32,000 nt of DNA from Copranaerobaculum intestinale (GTDB taxonomy: Bacteria > Bacillota_I > Bacilli_A > Erysipelotrichales > Erysipelotrichaceae): assembly GCF_009831105.1 (NCBI RefSeq), contig NZ_WUUQ01000007.1:1-32000 (forward strand), written 5' to 3'. The translations under genes were made by a program, and so were the position numbers. This document shows positions 15,689 through 23,663 of the stretch, in pieces. Under the pieces are notes generated by a model. It had not been told where the DNA came from. It did no database searches and worked only from the letters and a program-made list of their open reading frames with translations. Position 1 is the first letter of the stretch; each line of letters begins with the position of its first letter.

Positions 15689-16096
15689 TTGCGAAAGATT
15701 ATTTTAGCATCACATGGTGAGCTGGCAAAGGGCATGCTGAATTCCCTGACGATGATCGTTGGTGATCTTGTGTCGAATATTGAAGTATTCTGTCTATATC
15801 CCGGGGAAAACCCCATGGATTATGCAGAATCGCAGCGGCCGCGAATCAAAGCAGGCGATGATGAATTTATCTATGTCTGCGATGTCAAAGGCGGCAGTGT
15901 GCATACCGCACTCATGGAACTGACGGTGTATCCCAATATGAAGCTGTTTTGCGGAATGAATATGAATCTGCTGCTGGGACTTTTGCTTTCCTGCCCCAAG
16001 CTGGACGAAAGCAGTGCACAGAAGCTGTTGGATGACGCGCGCAGCGGTATCGATTATATGAGCACGGTGGTGGAAGTAGAGGATGATGATTTTTAA
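15689..16096 (+). CDS. PTS mannose-family EIIA component (module 2), TTG start
   Basis: In-frame TTG at 15689 lies 6 nt after AGGAGGG (15676-15682) and gives MRKIILASHGELAKGM..., collinear with the module 1 EIIA. The nearby ATG 15684 is out of frame and hits a stop after 7 codons. Confidence 0.8.
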   Translation: MRKIILASHGELAKGMLNSLTMIVGDLVSNIEVFCLYPGENPMDYAESQRPRIKAGDDEFIYVCDVKGGSVHTALMELTVYPNMKLFCGMNMNLLLGLLLSCPKLDESSAQKLLDDARSGIDYMSTVVEVEDDDF

Positions 16097-16113
16097 AGAA
16101 AGGAGGAAATCTT

Positions 16114-16581
16114 ATGATCAAGAAAATGCGGGTCGATCATCGCTTGCTGCATGGTCAGGTTGCCTTTTCCTGGACGCAGGCAATCGGTGCTGACTGTATC
16201 TTAATCGCCAATGACGGCATCTTTCAGGATTCCATCAAGATGACTGCATTGAAACTGGCTAAGCCGTCCGGAGTCAAGGTCGTGATCAAAACTCTGGCGG
16301 ATTCGATTACTGCGATTCAAAGCGGAGTAACCGATAAATACAAGCTGTTTATCATTGTTGAATCGATTCAGGATGCGAAAATACTGAGTGCGGCAATCGG
16401 CTGGAAAGAAATCAATCTGGGCGGTACCAAGGCGGATGAAGGGAAACGTCAGCTCAGTAAAGCCTTATTTATAACCAAGGATGAAGAAATGATGATTCAG
16501 GAGATGCTCGCTGCCGGATATGAACTGAATGTTCAAATGATTCCGGCGGAAAAGAGCGTTGATGTAAAAACACTATTATAG
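16114..16581 (+). CDS. PTS mannose-family EIIB component (module 2)
   Basis: MRVDHRLLHGQV phospho-His motif. Clear paralog of the 10632-11102 product. Confidence 0.9.
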   Translation: MIKKMRVDHRLLHGQVAFSWTQAIGADCILIANDGIFQDSIKMTALKLAKPSGVKVVIKTLADSITAIQSGVTDKYKLFIIVESIQDAKILSAAIGWKEINLGGTKADEGKRQLSKALFITKDEEMMIQEMLAAGYELNVQMIPAEKSVDVKTLL

Positions 16582-16595
16582 GGAAAGGAGTATTT

Positions 16596-17366
16596 ATGTT
16601 AGTTACACAAACCATTCTTATCGGTATTCTGTATTTTATATCTCAAATGGATGGCTTTTTTGGCACCTCACTGATTGGCAGAGCTATTATCATGGGGCCG
16701 CTGACCGGACTTATCATGGGCGATGTCGCATCCGGTGTCATGATTGGCGGTACGCTGGAGCTGGCTTTTATCGGTGCGGTTTCCATCGGTGCCTATGATC
16801 CGCCTGATGTCGCGAGCGGAACCATACTCGGTACAGCTTTTGCGATCAAAGCCGGAGCAGGTCCGGAAGTGGCGATAGCCATGGGGCTTCCGGTATCAAC
16901 GATCATGCAGACGGTAATTGCCATCGCATGGGGACTGCTGCCGACGCTGTTTATGCACCGCGCGGATGCATTTGCGGAGAAGGGAGATGCCAAAGGGGTT
17001 TCCCGCAATATGTTTGTCGCTGGCTTCGCTCCGATCGTTGCCGTATTCTGGATTGTTCCGGCTGCCTATTACTTCGGCAGTGACGCCGTAGTCAATCTGT
17101 TGGGCAACATTCCGGAATTTATCACTACCGGCATGGATATCGCAGCGGGTATTATCCCTGCAATCGGATTTGCAATGCTGGCCGAAATGATCATGAACAA
17201 AAAGGTCGCACCGTTTTTCTTCCTGGGTTTCTTCTTGATTCAGTATTTTGGAATCGGTACGACAGCAGTAGCAATTTTTGCGGTAATCATTGCCATTGTA
17301 ATCGTACAGCTGAGTTCCAATCAGCCACAGACGAAACAAGAGGAGGATGGATTCGATGACTTCTAA
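16596..17366 (+). CDS. PTS mannose-family EIIC component (module 2)
   Basis: GGTLELAFIGAVSIGAY and AGIIPAIGFAMLAEM. Paralog of the 11128-11910 product. Confidence 0.9.
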   Translation: MLVTQTILIGILYFISQMDGFFGTSLIGRAIIMGPLTGLIMGDVASGVMIGGTLELAFIGAVSIGAYDPPDVASGTILGTAFAIKAGAGPEVAIAMGLPVSTIMQTVIAIAWGLLPTLFMHRADAFAEKGDAKGVSRNMFVAGFAPIVAVFWIVPAAYYFGSDAVVNLLGNIPEFITTGMDIAAGIIPAIGFAMLAEMIMNKKVAPFFFLGFFLIQYFGIGTTAVAIFAVIIAIVIVQLSSNQPQTKQEEDGFDDF

Positions 17367-18216
17367 AACAGAATTAAACAAAAACAGCTTACATGAGCGT
17401 CAGGTAATCAATAAGAAAATACTGCGGAAGGTTTTCCTGCATTCCATTCCGATGGAGCACTCATGGAATTATGAACGTATGATGAATCTAGGCTACTGTT
17501 ATGCGATGATTCCGGCGCTGAAAGCGATATACGGTGACGATAAGGAACAGATGAAAGAAGCGCTGCAGCGGCATATGGAGTTCTACAATACAACCCCGTA
17601 TGTCATCACTTTACCGTTGGGTATTTCCGTAGCGATGGAAGAAAAGCGTGCGGAAGATCCTGAGCATTTTGATACATCGTCGATCAGTACGGTGAAAACG
17701 GCCATCATGGGTCCGTTGGCCGGTATCGGTGATTCCTTCTTTTGGGGAACGTTAAGAATTTTGGCAACCGGGGTCGGTACATCCTTAGCGGTAAAAGGAA
17801 ATGTTTTGGGACCGATTCTGTTCTGGCTGATTTATAACGTGCCGCATTTCGGGCTGCGCTATTGGCTCACTTTCTTGGGCTACAATATGGGCGCGAATTT
17901 CTTAACCAAAGTACAGGAATCGGGCATTATGGATAAATTGACCTACGGCGCGAGCATTGTGGGACTTACCGTTGCCGGGGCAATGACTTCGGAAATGGTG
18001 TATATGCAGGTGGCCGGCAAGATCGGCACCGGTGATGACGCAACGAAAATTCAGGCCATCCTGGATGGTATTGCACCGGGCATCCTGCCCCTGATCCTGT
18101 TTGGCATCGTTTATTATCTATTAAAGAAAAAATGGAAACCGCTGCCGTTAATGTTTCTGTTAATGCTATTATGTATCGCTGCGGCCTATTTCAAAGTACT
18201 GGTCGCTGTAGAATAA
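17356..18216 (+). CDS. PTS mannose-family EIID component (module 2)
   Basis: WNYERMM, RHMEFYNTTPY and GDSFFWGT. ATG 17356 is preferred because AGGAGG (17341-17346) abuts the alternative ATG 17347. Confidence 0.9.
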   Translation: MTSKTELNKNSLHERQVINKKILRKVFLHSIPMEHSWNYERMMNLGYCYAMIPALKAIYGDDKEQMKEALQRHMEFYNTTPYVITLPLGISVAMEEKRAEDPEHFDTSSISTVKTAIMGPLAGIGDSFFWGTLRILATGVGTSLAVKGNVLGPILFWLIYNVPHFGLRYWLTFLGYNMGANFLTKVQESGIMDKLTYGASIVGLTVAGAMTSEMVYMQVAGKIGTGDDATKIQAILDGIAPGILPLILFGIVYYLLKKKWKPLPLMFLLMLLCIAAAYFKVLVAVE

Positions 18217-18288
18217 AAAAGAACAGCGCATTGATACGTCAGTGATCGGGGATTGGACTCTCAAGCGATCACGGACAGCTAAATGAAC

Positions 18289-18328
18289 TGTTCAAGAATA
18301 TCTTATCACAAGGAAACCTTCTTGAACA
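18289..18328 (+). repeat. Perfect 10-bp inverted repeat TGTTCAAGAA-N20-TTCTTGAACA between EIID and the SIS genes
   Basis: Arms at 18289-18298 and 18319-18328. It ends 5 nt before the RBS AAAGGAG of the next gene, and no T-run follows. Confidence 0.6.
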
Positions 18329-18348
18329 CTCGAAAGGAGCGGATCATC

Positions 18349-19413
18349 ATGAATGAAACCATGCTTACCTATATAAAGAAAGAGCAGCAGACGGATGAAC
18401 GGGTACTGTTTGATCAGGATAAAAATTTAAAGCCGTTCTATGATTGGCTGAAGCTGAATCAAAAGACCCGCTGGGTTATTCTGGCAACCGGTTCCAGTGC
18501 CAATGCCATCGAAGCAGCTCGCTATTACGTAGAGAAAATTGCCCGTGTGCATGTGGATATCCGCATTCCGTTTTTGTTTAGTAATTATGAACAGCAGATT
18601 TATGAGGACGAAGTGTATATCGCTGTTTCGCAAAGCGGACACAGCTATTCAACGATTCAAGCGCTTGATTTGATTCAGGCACAGGATTGCTTCGTGCTGA
18701 CTGCTGATCGTACTTCGCCGATCGCTGAGCTTGCGGTTCCGATATTGGATATCGGCTGCGGCTTTGAAGCTGTCGATCTGGTAACAATGGGATTTTCGGC
18801 AACGGTCGTAAGTTTCATGCTGATGGGACTGCAGGCCGCTCGCATCTGGGGCAGAATTGATGAGGAAGCGTATCAGCAGGAGCTGCAGGAGCTTCATCAA
18901 ACGATATTACGAATTGATGATACTCTGGATCGCTGCGTTCACTGGTATCAACAAAATCAAAGTGAGCTGATGAATTTGCAGGCGGTCGCCGTGATCGGGT
19001 ATGGTGCCGGTTATGGGGTGGCCAAGGAAGCAGAAACGAAAATAACTGAAACGATCCACTGTCCGATGAACGGATATGAATTGGAAGAATATATGCATGG
19101 GCCTTATCTGGCCATGCATAAGGATTTAACGGTGTTCTTTATTATGAGTGAGCACCCGGCTTTAAAAGCACGCATGCAGGCATTGTATGAATATCTTCAT
19201 AAGGTTACACCGCACTGTTTTGTGCTTTGTGAACAAGAAACAGCTTCAGTCAGGGACTTATCTATCGGGGCGCCGGTGGATGAATACAAGAGCGCCCTGC
19301 TGTATGTCATTGCCTTTCAGTACCTGTCCTACCGCGTTTGTGCGGATTGCGGAGTGGATCCGATGATCACTCCATATGATGATTTTGACAGCGTGCTGGC
19401 AAGTAAAATTTAA
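18349..19413 (+). CDS. Double-SIS-domain sugar-phosphate isomerase/deglycase (GlmS-C/AgaS/FrlB superfamily)
   Basis: SIS motifs VILATGSSANA and IAVSQSGHSYST. Start at ATG 18349 after AAAGGAG. About 355 aa. Confidence 0.75.
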   Translation: MNETMLTYIKKEQQTDERVLFDQDKNLKPFYDWLKLNQKTRWVILATGSSANAIEAARYYVEKIARVHVDIRIPFLFSNYEQQIYEDEVYIAVSQSGHSYSTIQALDLIQAQDCFVLTADRTSPIAELAVPILDIGCGFEAVDLVTMGFSATVVSFMLMGLQAARIWGRIDEEAYQQELQELHQTILRIDDTLDRCVHWYQQNQSELMNLQAVAVIGYGAGYGVAKEAETKITETIHCPMNGYELEEYMHGPYLAMHKDLTVFFIMSEHPALKARMQALYEYLHKVTPHCFVLCEQETASVRDLSIGAPVDEYKSALLYVIAFQYLSYRVCADCGVDPMITPYDDFDSVLASKI

Positions 19414-19436
19414 TGTTAGAGTGGAGGAAAATACCA

Positions 19437-20447
19437 ATGTATAATTTTGATGAAAAAAGCTACCGCAAGGAAGCGGAACTGACTTATGAAACAAGAACGG
19501 ACATCGAGCAAATCGCCGATATGATCAGTAAAGAAGGCTTCTCCAATATCTTCTTTATCGCTTCCGGCGGCTCCTTGGCGATTATGAATCCGGTACACTA
19601 TGTATTGAAGCAGCGCACCGCTATTCCCGTTTATCTGGAAGTGGCTGCAGAAGTAATTCATACCGGCAATAAAGAATTAACCAAGGACTCTTTGGTGATC
19701 ACCGCATCGAAATCCGGAACGACCAAAGAAACTGTTGCAGTAACCAAATGGTGCATCGAACAAGGTATCCGGGTGTTTGCACTATGCGGAAAAATGGATT
19801 CACCGCTTTCTCAGTTGGCCACATATTCCGTCATCGGCAAAGCAAAGGACGCACCGGAATTCGAATATATGCAGCTGTTCATGTTTACCATGAGATTGCT
19901 TCACAACAACTGTGAATTTCCGGATTATAACCGTTTTGCCGATCAGCTCGCAACCCTGCCAAAGGATCTGATCCGGTTCCGCGATGAATTTGAACCGCAG
20001 GCGATGAAGATCGCGGAAGTATGTCATAAGGAACCTTATCAGATGTGGATCGGCGGCGGCTCGATCTGGGGAGAGATTTATTCCTTTACGATGTGTGTGC
20101 TGGAAGAAATGCAGTGGAACCGCACCAAAGCGGTAACCAGCGCGGAATTCTTTCACGGTACCTTGGAATTGGTGGAAAAGGATACACCGGTCGTTCTGGT
20201 AAAAAATGATGATAATACGCGCATGTTGGACGAGCGGGTAGAAAATTTTCTGCCGAAGGTCTGTGATAAATATTTCGTTATCGATCTTCACAATTTCCGC
20301 TTTTCCCAAATTGATGATCAATTCCGTGCTATTTTGATGGCACCGATCTGCTCGGCAATCATCGGTGACTGTCTGTCGGCCCATTATGAAAAGTGCAGCG
20401 GTCACAGTCTGGATATCCGTCGCTATTACCGTCAAATGGAATACTAG
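19437..20447 (+). CDS. frlB: FrlB-like fructoselysine-6-phosphate deglycase (SIS family)
   Basis: SIS motifs IFFIASGGSLAI and VITASKSGTTKET. About 336 aa. The C-terminus ...DIRRYYRQMEY resembles the E. coli FrlB C-terminus as I recall it (...RRYYGGLVEY). Start at ATG 19437 after GGAGGAAA. Confidence 0.7.
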   Translation: MYNFDEKSYRKEAELTYETRTDIEQIADMISKEGFSNIFFIASGGSLAIMNPVHYVLKQRTAIPVYLEVAAEVIHTGNKELTKDSLVITASKSGTTKETVAVTKWCIEQGIRVFALCGKMDSPLSQLATYSVIGKAKDAPEFEYMQLFMFTMRLLHNNCEFPDYNRFADQLATLPKDLIRFRDEFEPQAMKIAEVCHKEPYQMWIGGGSIWGEIYSFTMCVLEEMQWNRTKAVTSAEFFHGTLELVEKDTPVVLVKNDDNTRMLDERVENFLPKVCDKYFVIDLHNFRFSQIDDQFRAILMAPICSAIIGDCLSAHYEKCSGHSLDIRRYYRQMEY

Positions 20448-20450
20448 TCT

Positions 20451-21101
20451 ATGAAAGCAGTTATCTTTGATATGGATGGGGTACTGATTGACAGTGAACC
20501 GCTGTATGTAGAGATGCTGAAGGATTTCTTTATCCGTCACCACATCCGTTTTGAAGAAGCTGAGCTGGCTGCGGTAATTGGCAGTTCGCATCAGCGCGTC
20601 ATGGAAATCGTGCGTGATATTTGGATACGCACGAAGGATGAAGCATCCTTTCGGAGGCATTACCATGAATATGAAAACGGAGAAGAAACAATACCTTACC
20701 AAATGCTGTTAAATCCGCATGCGGAAGAAATTCTGAAATGGCTGAAAGATCATGCGATCAAAATGGCCATTGCCTCCTCTTCACCGATGCGGGATATTGA
20801 GGATATGATTCAACAATGCAGACTAGCAAGCTATTTCGATGTGATTCACAGCGGTCATGAGTTTTCAGCCAGCAAGCCAGATCCAGCCATCTATCTTAAA
20901 ACAATGGAGGATTTAGATGTACCAGTGAAGGATTGCTTGATCATTGAGGATTCGTTTCACGGGATTGCGGCCGCTAAAGCGGCAAATGCATACTGCGCAG
21001 CTTTAGCAACGCCGTATCCGATGGATCAACGACTGGCGGATATAAAGATCAATGATCTGTTACAAATAAAAATGCTTATAGATAAGACCGATCAGGAATG
21101 A
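20451..21101 (+). CDS. HAD-IA family hydrolase (beta-phosphoglucomutase/sugar-phosphatase-like)
   Basis: N-terminal motif I FDMDGVLIDSE, motif II ASSS, and motif IV IEDSFHGIAAAKAA. Confidence 0.85.
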   Translation: MKAVIFDMDGVLIDSEPLYVEMLKDFFIRHHIRFEEAELAAVIGSSHQRVMEIVRDIWIRTKDEASFRRHYHEYENGEETIPYQMLLNPHAEEILKWLKDHAIKMAIASSSPMRDIEDMIQQCRLASYFDVIHSGHEFSASKPDPAIYLKTMEDLDVPVKDCLIIEDSFHGIAAAKAANAYCAALATPYPMDQRLADIKINDLLQIKMLIDKTDQE

Positions 21102-21111
21102 TCGGTTTTTC
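21087..21111 (+). terminator. Intrinsic terminator of module 2
   Basis: ACCGATC (21087-21093) / GATCGGT (21100-21106) followed by TTTTT. Overlaps the HAD stop codon. Confidence 0.75.
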
Positions 21112-21277
21112 GCTTATAGGGTATTCAGTATGAATAAATAGATCATAAAGCTAGACTTAAAGTGGCTGGGATGACCAAAATCATCAATTTCTGAAATTGA
21201 AGGATGGTTATGTGGAAATTTTATCATTGGATACTTTTTATATGATAAGATATAAGGAAAAAGAGGTGTTCAAGTTC

Positions 21278-22180
21278 ATGCAGGAAAGCCGATTATTCAA
21301 AATTGTCTATTATTTGCTTGATAAGGGAAGGGCTACCGCTCCTGAGCTGGCTGAAAAATTTGAAGTGTCGGTACGGACGATTTATCGTGACATAGACGCC
21401 ATCAGCAGTGCCGGTATACCGATCTATGCCTCTCAGGGATATGGCGGAGGAATCGCAATCGCAAAAGATTATGTATTGGATAAGTCCTTATTGTCAACGG
21501 CGGAAAAGGAACAGATACTCATGTCCATACAGGGCATCAACACGGCTGAAGGAAAGGATCAAGATCATTTACTCAAGAAGCTGGAAAGCGTTTTTCAAAC
21601 CAAAAATCGCAACTGGATTGAGGTTGATTTTTCTAATTGGGCAAGTGGGGATCAACAGCGTATCTTTACCTTTTTGAAAGATGCGATATTTGCGCGCAGC
21701 CAAATCATGATTCATTATGTAGGAGCGCATGAGGAATGGATGAATCGTAGGGTAGCCCCTTTAAAATTAGTTTTTAAAAGTAAGGATTGGTATCTGTATG
21801 GTTATTGTTTTATGCGCAAAGACTATCGTTTTTTTAAATTAACAAGAATTCGTGATATGAAAATTCTGGAGGAACGCAATCCTGCGAACGTAACTGCGGC
21901 AGAAAGAGTTTGTCAGCCGATCGCGGAAGAAACAACGATTGAGACAATTATACGATTTGATAAAAGCCAGGCTTTTCGTGTATATGACGAATTTTCAAAA
22001 GCTTCGATAAAAGCAGAAAAAGATACCCTGTTGGTTCATGCAAGACTTCCTCAAAAAAAAGATGTTCTGTTCCGGTATCTACTATCTTTTGGCCCGCATG
22101 CTGAACTGTTAGAACCGATTAAAGTAAGAGAAGCATTCATTGCATATTTGATTGCTATACAAAAGAATTATCGAACCTGA
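21278..22180 (+). CDS. YafY-family transcriptional regulator (HTH + WYL), paralog 2
   Basis: MQESRLFKIVYYLLDKGRATAPELAEKFEVSVRTIYRDIDAI (HTH). WYL block KSKDWYLYGYCFMRKDYRFFKLTRI. Start placed at ATG 21278 rather than 21197. Confidence 0.85.
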   Translation: MQESRLFKIVYYLLDKGRATAPELAEKFEVSVRTIYRDIDAISSAGIPIYASQGYGGGIAIAKDYVLDKSLLSTAEKEQILMSIQGINTAEGKDQDHLLKKLESVFQTKNRNWIEVDFSNWASGDQQRIFTFLKDAIFARSQIMIHYVGAHEEWMNRRVAPLKLVFKSKDWYLYGYCFMRKDYRFFKLTRIRDMKILEERNPANVTAAERVCQPIAEETTIETIIRFDKSQAFRVYDEFSKASIKAEKDTLLVHARLPQKKDVLFRYLLSFGPHAELLEPIKVREAFIAYLIAIQKNYRT

Positions 22181-22205
22181 CAAACATTGTCAGGTTACTT
22201 TTGTT
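22174..22205 (+). terminator. Hairpin/possible leaky terminator between the WYL regulator and the GyrI-like gene
   Basis: AACCTGACA (22174-22182) / TGTCAGGTT (22188-22196), 5-nt loop, then ACTTTTGTT. The stem includes the TGA stop codon. Confidence 0.55.
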
Positions 22206-22235
22206 ATGCTAGGTTCATAAAAGGAGGCAGCAGCC

Positions 22236-22850
22236 ATGAAATATGAATGGAAAAAGCAAGAAAAAGATTTATATGGGGTAAAAAGAACGCCGATATTAAG
22301 CGAAATTCAAAAGCAGACATACATTATGATCGAAGGAAAAGGAAATCCCAATGATATGGATTTCCAACAGAAAGTATCGGCGCTGTACGCAGTTGCTTAT
22401 GCGGTTAAAAGGGAATTTAAATCGACGATGCAAGGAATACATGATGAATTAGCAACTGATTATGTTGTCTATCCGCTGGAGGGTATCTGGAATCTGCCTG
22501 CCGGATCTCATTTTGTGAAGGATGAATTAGCATACACAATTATGATTCGTCAGCCCGATTTTGTGAATGAAACAATCATGGAAGCAGCGATGCAGAACGT
22601 AAAGAAAAAGAAACCCAACCCACTGTATGAAAGGATGTTTTTGGATACGATGAAGGATGGATTGTGCGTACAGATGCTGCATTTGGGTTCTTATGATGAT
22701 GAACCCGAATCCTTTGCGGCCATGCTGTCCATGATGAAACAAAATAACTTGGCGCGTAAGCACCTGTGGCATCGTGAAATTTATTTATCGAATCCATCTC
22801 AGTGTGAAAAAGCGAAGCTAAAGACCATTCTTCGGTATACGGTTGAATAA
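22236..22850 (+). CDS. GyrI-like small-molecule-binding domain protein
   Basis: N-terminus MKYEWKKQEKDLYGVK...YIMIEGKGNPN and later LHLGSYDDEP are characteristic of the GyrI-like/SOUL-type ligand-binding family, as I recall it. RBS AAAGGAGG. Confidence 0.7.
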   Translation: MKYEWKKQEKDLYGVKRTPILSEIQKQTYIMIEGKGNPNDMDFQQKVSALYAVAYAVKREFKSTMQGIHDELATDYVVYPLEGIWNLPAGSHFVKDELAYTIMIRQPDFVNETIMEAAMQNVKKKKPNPLYERMFLDTMKDGLCVQMLHLGSYDDEPESFAAMLSMMKQNNLARKHLWHREIYLSNPSQCEKAKLKTILRYTVE

Positions 22851-23062
22851 AGAAATGAATAAAAAATGATGTGCGATCCTGCATATTCAAAGTAATGAAA
22901 TAATAAATAGGGAAGGATAAAGCGAGTGATTGAAAGCTATTATAAGCTGAAAACTGCGGATCCTCTATGATCATGATGGGCAAAAGCATGAAAATTGCAA
23001 AGTTTGTCGAATTATTATGGAAATTTATAGCATCATCTATTATGATTATAAAAGGAGGATAG

Positions 23063-23506
23063 ATGATGAAAAAATTATTTGTATTGGCCATGGGTGCGCT
23101 GTTATTAAGCGGCTGTGGCGGCGGGGATAAGTCGGTTACCTGCAAAATGGATTTAAATGGGATGTCAGCAGCAGCGGAATTGAAGTATGACAGTGATAAA
23201 AAAATCACGGGAATGAAACTTACAAGTGAGCTGACAGTGCCAGATGCTATTATGGATGATCAGACCCAGCTGAAAAAATTTAAAAAGAGTTTGGAAGCCA
23301 GCAATAAAAAGTTTGAAACCAAAGGTGTTGTTTCAAAAACAGAATTGAAGGAATCTGAAAAAAAGGCAAGTCTTGTAATTACGGTCGATAAAGAAGCGAT
23401 CACTAAGGACGGAGCTGACGAAGTAGGCTTTTATTATACGAAAGATGTCAAAAAGGCCGTAAAAGAATATAAAAACAATGGTTTTACCTGCGGTGATGTT
23501 AAATAG
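23063..23506 (+). CDS. Small secreted lipoprotein (possibly YehR/DUF1307-like)
   Basis: Signal peptide with lipobox LLLSGC. Lys/Glu-rich mature part ending ...NGFTCGDVK. The tandem ATG ATG means the start could be 23066. Confidence 0.75.
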   Translation: MMKKLFVLAMGALLLSGCGGGDKSVTCKMDLNGMSAAAELKYDSDKKITGMKLTSELTVPDAIMDDQTQLKKFKKSLEASNKKFETKGVVSKTELKESEKKASLVITVDKEAITKDGADEVGFYYTKDVKKAVKEYKNNGFTCGDVK

Positions 23507-23551
23507 AAGCAGCTCGATCAAGAAAAATAAGAATCAGCAGCGAATGGTATT

Positions 23552-23577
23552 GGCAGCTTAAACAGCTGCCTTTTTTA
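23552..23577 (+). terminator. Intrinsic terminator
   Basis: GGCAGCT (23552-23558) / AGCTGCC (23564-23570), 5-nt loop, T-run 23571-23576. Confidence 0.85.
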
Positions 23578-23615
23578 TTGCTGTTTTCGGCCATGAAAAA
23601 AATCTTATACTTTTT

Positions 23616-23642
23616 TTAGCAATCCTATTGCCAAAGTGCTAA
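23616..23642 (+). promoter_or_regulatory. CIRCE operator 1 (HrcA binding site)
   Basis: TTAGCAATC-N9-AAGTGCTAA against consensus TTAGCACTC-N9-GAGTGCTAA. It overlaps the -35. Confidence 0.85.
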
Positions 23643-23655
23643 AAATGAGTATAAT
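23628..23655 (+). promoter_or_regulatory. sigmaA promoter of groESL
   Basis: TTGCCA (23628-23633), 16-nt spacer, TATAAT (23650-23655). Confidence 0.75.
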
Positions 23656-23663
23656 AGACTGTG

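Noticed and set aside
16896-17381. 161-aa minus-strand ORF, plus the many other 60-150 aa minus-strand and alternative-frame ORFs in the track
   Set aside because: All lie inside strongly supported + strand genes (here EIIC). None shows a start context or family signature.
17519-17532. cre-like sequence TGAAAGCGATATAC inside the EIID gene of module 2
   Set aside because: It mismatches the cre consensus at the last two positions (TGWAANCGNTNWCA). It is intragenic and could easily occur by chance.
18249-18265. GGATTGGACTCTCAAGC resembling the GGATTGGCAC start of the sigma54 promoters, as a possible internal sigma54 promoter for the SIS genes
   Set aside because: The GG-to-GC spacing is 2 nt short of the invariant -24/-12 geometry, and the -24 box is TGGAC rather than TGGCAC. 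At best it is a decayed relic.
19800-20702. 300-aa ORF on the minus strand
   Set aside because: It is entirely antisense to the FrlB-like and HAD genes, which have strong family motifs and RBSs. Its product is R/F/H/I-rich with no recognisable domain, RBS or promoter. This is a typical shadow ORF.
22967-23062. 31-codon small ORF (MIMMGKSMKIAKFVELLWKFIASSIMIIKGG) ending exactly at the lipoprotein start
   Set aside because: No Shine-Dalgarno sequence lies upstream. Its 3' end is simply the RBS region of the next gene, and I cannot test conservation. It may be a leader peptide, but there is no positive evidence.
22576-23208. 210-aa minus-strand ORF spanning the GyrI-like gene 3' end, the AT-rich spacer and the lipoprotein 5' end
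   Set aside because: The translation is low-complexity and I/F/N-rich. It overlaps two well-supported + strand genes and has no RBS. It is an artefact of AT-rich sequence lacking stops in that frame.
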